Below are positions 60,523 to 64,000 of a stretch of 64,000 bases of DNA, one piece after another. The notes beneath the pieces were generated by a model. The model was given only the letters and a program-made list of their open reading frames with translations, made no database searches and was not told the origin of the DNA. The DNA is from a virus, in the IMG/VR virus record IMGVR_UViG_3300026263_000200; one strand, 5' to 3'. A program made the position numbers and the translations under genes. Within the stretch, counting starts at the first letter, position 1. The number at the start of each line of letters is the position of its first letter.

Positions 60523-60981
60523 ATGAGATTAATTACCATTATTTTAACAGTATTATTGTTAGGTTCTAGTGCTTATGCAAGTGAATTAGGATTTAAATTC
60601 CATAGTCCATCATTTTCTGGTAATGGAAAGTCATCACACTATCTAACGATAGAGAACATAGAGAAAACTAGAAAAGACGCTATAAAAGCAGCAAATAAAG
60701 CGGCGGCAGATAAAGCGGCGGCAGATGCTAAATCAACATCTATAGCAAAATTCAAAGCAAATATAGAGTCAAGATTTTATACTGCTCTTGCAAAACAAAT
60801 TACAGACAATGTATTTGGTACTGATGGTCTTCAACAAGACTCAGGTACATTTACAAATCCAGTTGGTGGAGAAACAGTTGAGTGGACAACACCATCAGGT
60901 ACAGGTAATGTCGTAGTAACTGTCACGGAGTCCGATGGAACTGTAACGACATTTACAATGCCTAAAGAGGACAATTCGTAA
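60523..60981 (+). CDS. csgF: Curli assembly protein CsgF-like
   Basis: Signal peptide, then SELGFKFHSPSFSGNG (CsgF-type N-terminal motif); upstream of csgG. Confidence 0.8.
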   Translation: MRLITIILTVLLLGSSAYASELGFKFHSPSFSGNGKSSHYLTIENIEKTRKDAIKAANKAAADKAAADAKSTSIAKFKANIESRFYTALAKQITDNVFGTDGLQQDSGTFTNPVGGETVEWTTPSGTGNVVVTVTESDGTVTTFTMPKEDNS

Positions 60982-62135
60982 TGTTTAAATACATAAGTAT
61001 ATTTTTACTAACATTATTGTTAGTTGGATGTGCAGGTAAACCAAAGTTTGATATAAGAACTCAAACAGTTGCTTATAAAGACTTGTCAGTTATATCAGCA
61101 CCGAAAGGTGAACCAATTATAATTGCTGTCTATGACTTTTTAGATATGACAGGACAAAAGAAACCTGGTGGCAACTTTGCGTCTATGAGTACAGCAGTAA
61201 CTCAAGGTTCATATCAGTTGTTGATTAAAGCATTACAAGACGCAGGCGAAGGCAAATGGTTTAGAGTAGTAGAACGAGCAAGTTTACCAAGTCTATTACA
61301 AGAAAGAAAATTAATACGTTCTACAAGACAACAAGTTAATGGAGAAGGTGCAGAACCATTACCACCATTACTATTTGCAGGTGCATATATAACAGGTGGT
61401 ATTGTAGGATATGATAGTGATATTAAATCAGGTGGTTTAGGTGCTAGAATATTAGGTATTCAAAGCAACAAACAATTTAGACAAGATATAGTTACTATTA
61501 TATTAAGACTAGTCAATGTACAAACTGGTGAAGTTGTACTATCAACAACAGTTGAAAAGACTATTGTATCAACAATGACTGGTGGAGATATATTCAAGTA
61601 CTTTGATACTGATACAATGTTATTAGAAGTTGAAGCAGGATATGCTAAGAACGAACCAGTTACACTTGCAGTTAGAAAAGCAATTGAAAAAGGTGTAGTT
61701 GATGTTATTAATTTAGGTGCAAATAAAGGACTATGGGAGTTTGCTGTTGAAATAGTACCAACAAAAGATTTAAAAGTAGTACAAGATGATATTACAGTTG
61801 ATATGGGCGAAGTAATGCCAGAAAAAACTTATGAAGACTTTAAGAAAGAAAAGAAAGCTAGAAAAGAATTAAAGAAAGCACAAAAACTTGAAGTAAAAAA
61901 TTATAATAAAGCAAATGGAACAAAGTTTAAAACTTGGGACGAATATCAAGCACATTTAGAACATTTAGCGGCACTTGAAGCTAAAGAAATAGAAAAAGAA
62001 GAACGTAAGAACGGTATACAAGATAAAATAACAGAAGAAGAAGAGTGGAACCAAGTAGACGAAACAGTAGAGGAGAACAAGTCAGATGAAAAAGATAGTA
62101 ATGGCAATAGTGATTCTTCTAGCGACAACAATTAA
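60981..62135 (+). CDS. csgG: Curli secretion channel CsgG-like lipoprotein with charged C-terminal extension
   Basis: Lipobox LVGC; IAVYDFLDMTGQKK, STAVTQG, WFRVVER, LLQERKLIR, GGIVGYD, NEPVTLAVRKAIE. Confidence 0.92.
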   Translation: MFKYISIFLLTLLLVGCAGKPKFDIRTQTVAYKDLSVISAPKGEPIIIAVYDFLDMTGQKKPGGNFASMSTAVTQGSYQLLIKALQDAGEGKWFRVVERASLPSLLQERKLIRSTRQQVNGEGAEPLPPLLFAGAYITGGIVGYDSDIKSGGLGARILGIQSNKQFRQDIVTIILRLVNVQTGEVVLSTTVEKTIVSTMTGGDIFKYFDTDTMLLEVEAGYAKNEPVTLAVRKAIEKGVVDVINLGANKGLWEFAVEIVPTKDLKVVQDDITVDMGEVMPEKTYEDFKKEKKARKELKKAQKLEVKNYNKANGTKFKTWDEYQAHLEHLAALEAKEIEKEERKNGIQDKITEEEEWNQVDETVEENKSDEKDSNGNSDSSSDNN

Positions 62136-63177
62136 TTGTTTCGCAGGTAATTCAGTTTATATCCAACAAGATAATCAAGACAGCGACGGATCAATCTTTA
62201 TAAAACAAGATGGTTCAGGTAATACTTTTGGGTATTCAACATCATATCCATTTAAAGTAAGTGGAGAGAACATCACAATCGTTATAAAACAAATAGGTGA
62301 TAATAATAAAACAGATTATTCAAATCACTTGACTTTTTATGGTGAGGATATGACTTTAGATTATACAGCAACTGGTGATGGTAATAAATTAAGAATAGAT
62401 AGTGATGATACGGATGCTACTGGACATTATTTAGACCACGATATTACAGGTGATTCAAATGTAGTAGATTATGATACCTGGGGAGATGATTCAACAAATT
62501 TCAATGTTGATTTAGATATTACTGGAGACTCAAATACATTTTGGGTACAGAATAGAGGAGATAATCACTTCTTATATGTTCTTATATCAGGTGATAGTAA
62601 TACCGTAGAGTGGTATAGTACAACAGATTCAGTAGGGTTTAATACAAACTCTAACAAGGCAATTGGTCCACAATCAACATCACACGGACAGTTTGCAGAC
62701 AGTTCAGGTAGTGAAGGTGCAAGTGCAGACATTTATATTATTGGTAACTCAAATGTAATACATACTTCAACATATGGTACAGGTAACTATCAACTACACG
62801 ACATTATAGGTTCTTCAAACCTTTTAGATATACACTCTAGTTACACTGGTTCTGATACAGACCCATATGGAGACTCAATGATTATATCAGGCGATAGTAA
62901 TTATTTAAGGACTTATATATCTGGTGATAGTAATACAATAAGATTACATATGGCAGGTGGAAATAATACTGCTAAAATTTATCTTTATACAGATAGTTCA
63001 GTAATAAACTTTGCTCAAACAGGTGGTGGCAACACAGGTCAAGTTACTATATCAGGTGATTCAATTTACGATTACACATTAAACTTTTCACAAAATGGAT
63101 CCGATAATTGTACATATTCGTACAACAGAAACAATCAAACAGCAGATGTAACTGCTACAGTATCAAACGGATGTTAA
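62086..63177 (+). CDS. Secreted curlin-like repeat (beta-solenoid) protein
   Basis: Signal peptide; repeated Q.G..N and (I)(T/S)GDSN units; D/S/G/N/T-rich. Confidence 0.7.
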   Translation: MKKIVMAIVILLATTINCFAGNSVYIQQDNQDSDGSIFIKQDGSGNTFGYSTSYPFKVSGENITIVIKQIGDNNKTDYSNHLTFYGEDMTLDYTATGDGNKLRIDSDDTDATGHYLDHDITGDSNVVDYDTWGDDSTNFNVDLDITGDSNTFWVQNRGDNHFLYVLISGDSNTVEWYSTTDSVGFNTNSNKAIGPQSTSHGQFADSSGSEGASADIYIIGNSNVIHTSTYGTGNYQLHDIIGSSNLLDIHSSYTGSDTDPYGDSMIISGDSNYLRTYISGDSNTIRLHMAGGNNTAKIYLYTDSSVINFAQTGGGNTGQVTISGDSIYDYTLNFSQNGSDNCTYSYNRNNQTADVTATVSNGC

Positions 63178-64000
63178 ATGAAACTATTTCATAATCCTTG
63201 GGAAAAATGGGCGATAATAATTTGTGTTACTGTATTATTAGTATTAGGAATATCATCAGCTAAATCTCAAATAACAAGTCCAAAAGTTGGCGAAGTCATA
63301 GGTCAAATGGGTACGACTTGGAATGAAAGAGAAGGATCAACTCAAAATACCTCAATGGGTTATGAGTTGCAGATGAATGACTTTTTACAAACAGGTGAAG
63401 ATGGTGGTATGATATTATCTTATGTTGATAATACTAAATTTACAATGGGACCAAATACAGAATTAACTATTGATGAATTTGCTTTTGATACTTCTGTTGT
63501 ACCAATAGAAATTGCAATGAACATATCGGTTAATGTTGGTACATTTACATATGAATCAGGTCAAGTATCTACATTAGGTGGAGAAGTTAATATTAATGCT
63601 GGTAATGCTACAATTACAGTACAAGGTACTGCTTTTTCAGGTACGGTAACATCTTCAGGTCAAGCAACTATTACTTTGTTGCCAGATAGTTCTGGTGCAG
63701 TAGGACAAGTAACTGTATCCAATGACGCAGGTTCTCAAACAATAACTAACGCTTACAATTCAGTAACCGTTTTATCAAATGACTTAGCACCAACACCTCC
63801 AAAAATAGAAACTAATAAACAAGATATTATTGAGTTAGATGAATTTGAAGAAGAAATAAAAGATGAAAGTCAAAAACATTTTGGTGATATGGATTCAAAA
63901 TCTGAAATGTCTAAAGAAGAATCTGAAGCACAGGAGATGGAAGAGGCAATCATAAATGAAGAAGTAAGTATAGTAGAAGATAGTAATACAATTGTTGCTA
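63178..64000 (+). CDS. FecR-domain periplasmic protein (runs off the window end)
   Basis: Read manually: N-terminal hydrophobic segment, DFLQTGEDG...DNTKFTMGPNTELTIDEF...ATITVQGTAF, then an acidic region. Confidence 0.8.
   Translation, partial: MKLFHNPWEKWAIIICVTVLLVLGISSAKSQITSPKVGEVIGQMGTTWNEREGSTQNTSMGYELQMNDFLQTGEDGGMILSYVDNTKFTMGPNTELTIDEFAFDTSVVPIEIAMNISVNVGTFTYESGQVSTLGGEVNINAGNATITVQGTAFSGTVTSSGQATITLLPDSSGAVGQVTVSNDAGSQTITNAYNSVTVLSNDLAPTPPKIETNKQDIIELDEFEEEIKDESQKHFGDMDSKSEMSKEESEAQEMEEAIINEEVSIVEDSNTIVA

Noticed and set aside
60697-60726. 15-bp tandem repeat AAAGCGGCGGCAGAT in csgF
   Set aside because: Encodes a KAAAD-KAAAD helical linker; ordinary low-complexity coding repeat
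1240-62131. Many short minus-strand or alternate-frame ORFs in the track (e.g. 2874..3221, 25403..25762, 28931..29389, 36437..36802, 59794..60192)
   Set aside because: They lie inside well-supported genes, lack RBSs or motifs, and have the composition expected of antisense shadows
1-64000. Alternative genetic code or stop-codon readthrough
   Set aside because: Core genes translate full length in the standard code and use TAA, TAG and TGA as stops

Overview
AT-rich 64 kb segment of a T4-like myovirus, almost all on the + strand. The gene content (bS21, peptide deformylase, Hsp20, CobS/CobT-like pair, tryptophan halogenase, several 2OG-Fe(II) oxygenases, csgF/csgG) resembles marine HTVC008M-type pelagimyophages; an alphaproteobacterial (SAR11-like) host is inferred, not proven. 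Gene order: head/tail module (g17-g23, g3); recombination, replication and transcription core (uvsY, uvsW, g55, g47, g46, g45, g44, g62, regA, g43, uvsX, g41) interleaved with auxiliary genes, three DNA methyltransferases and free-standing nucleases; a late-promoter block (44.6-56.7 kb); a candidate holin/spanin cluster; and a divergent locus of CHASE2 adenylate cyclase versus csgF-csgG-curlin-like-FecR. Best leads: (1) an unannotated ATP-dependent ligase next to a kinase/Pol-beta NTase/(T/H)xGH adenylyltransferase polyprotein that looks capsid-targeted (candidate virion-delivered RNA-repair or NAD counter-defence system); (2) curli-type secretion genes coupled to a FecR protein and a membrane adenylate cyclase (candidate trans-envelope cAMP signalling); (3) GATC seen only as GGATC/GATCC, GATGC mostly as GGATGC, and CATG not seen, which predicts the target of a phage methyltransferase; (4) T4-like capsid-targeting N-termini on many proteins, including a RimK-like ligase; (5) a multi-hairpin non-coding region between rpsU and hsp20. 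All calls come from motif recognition by eye; no database searches were run.
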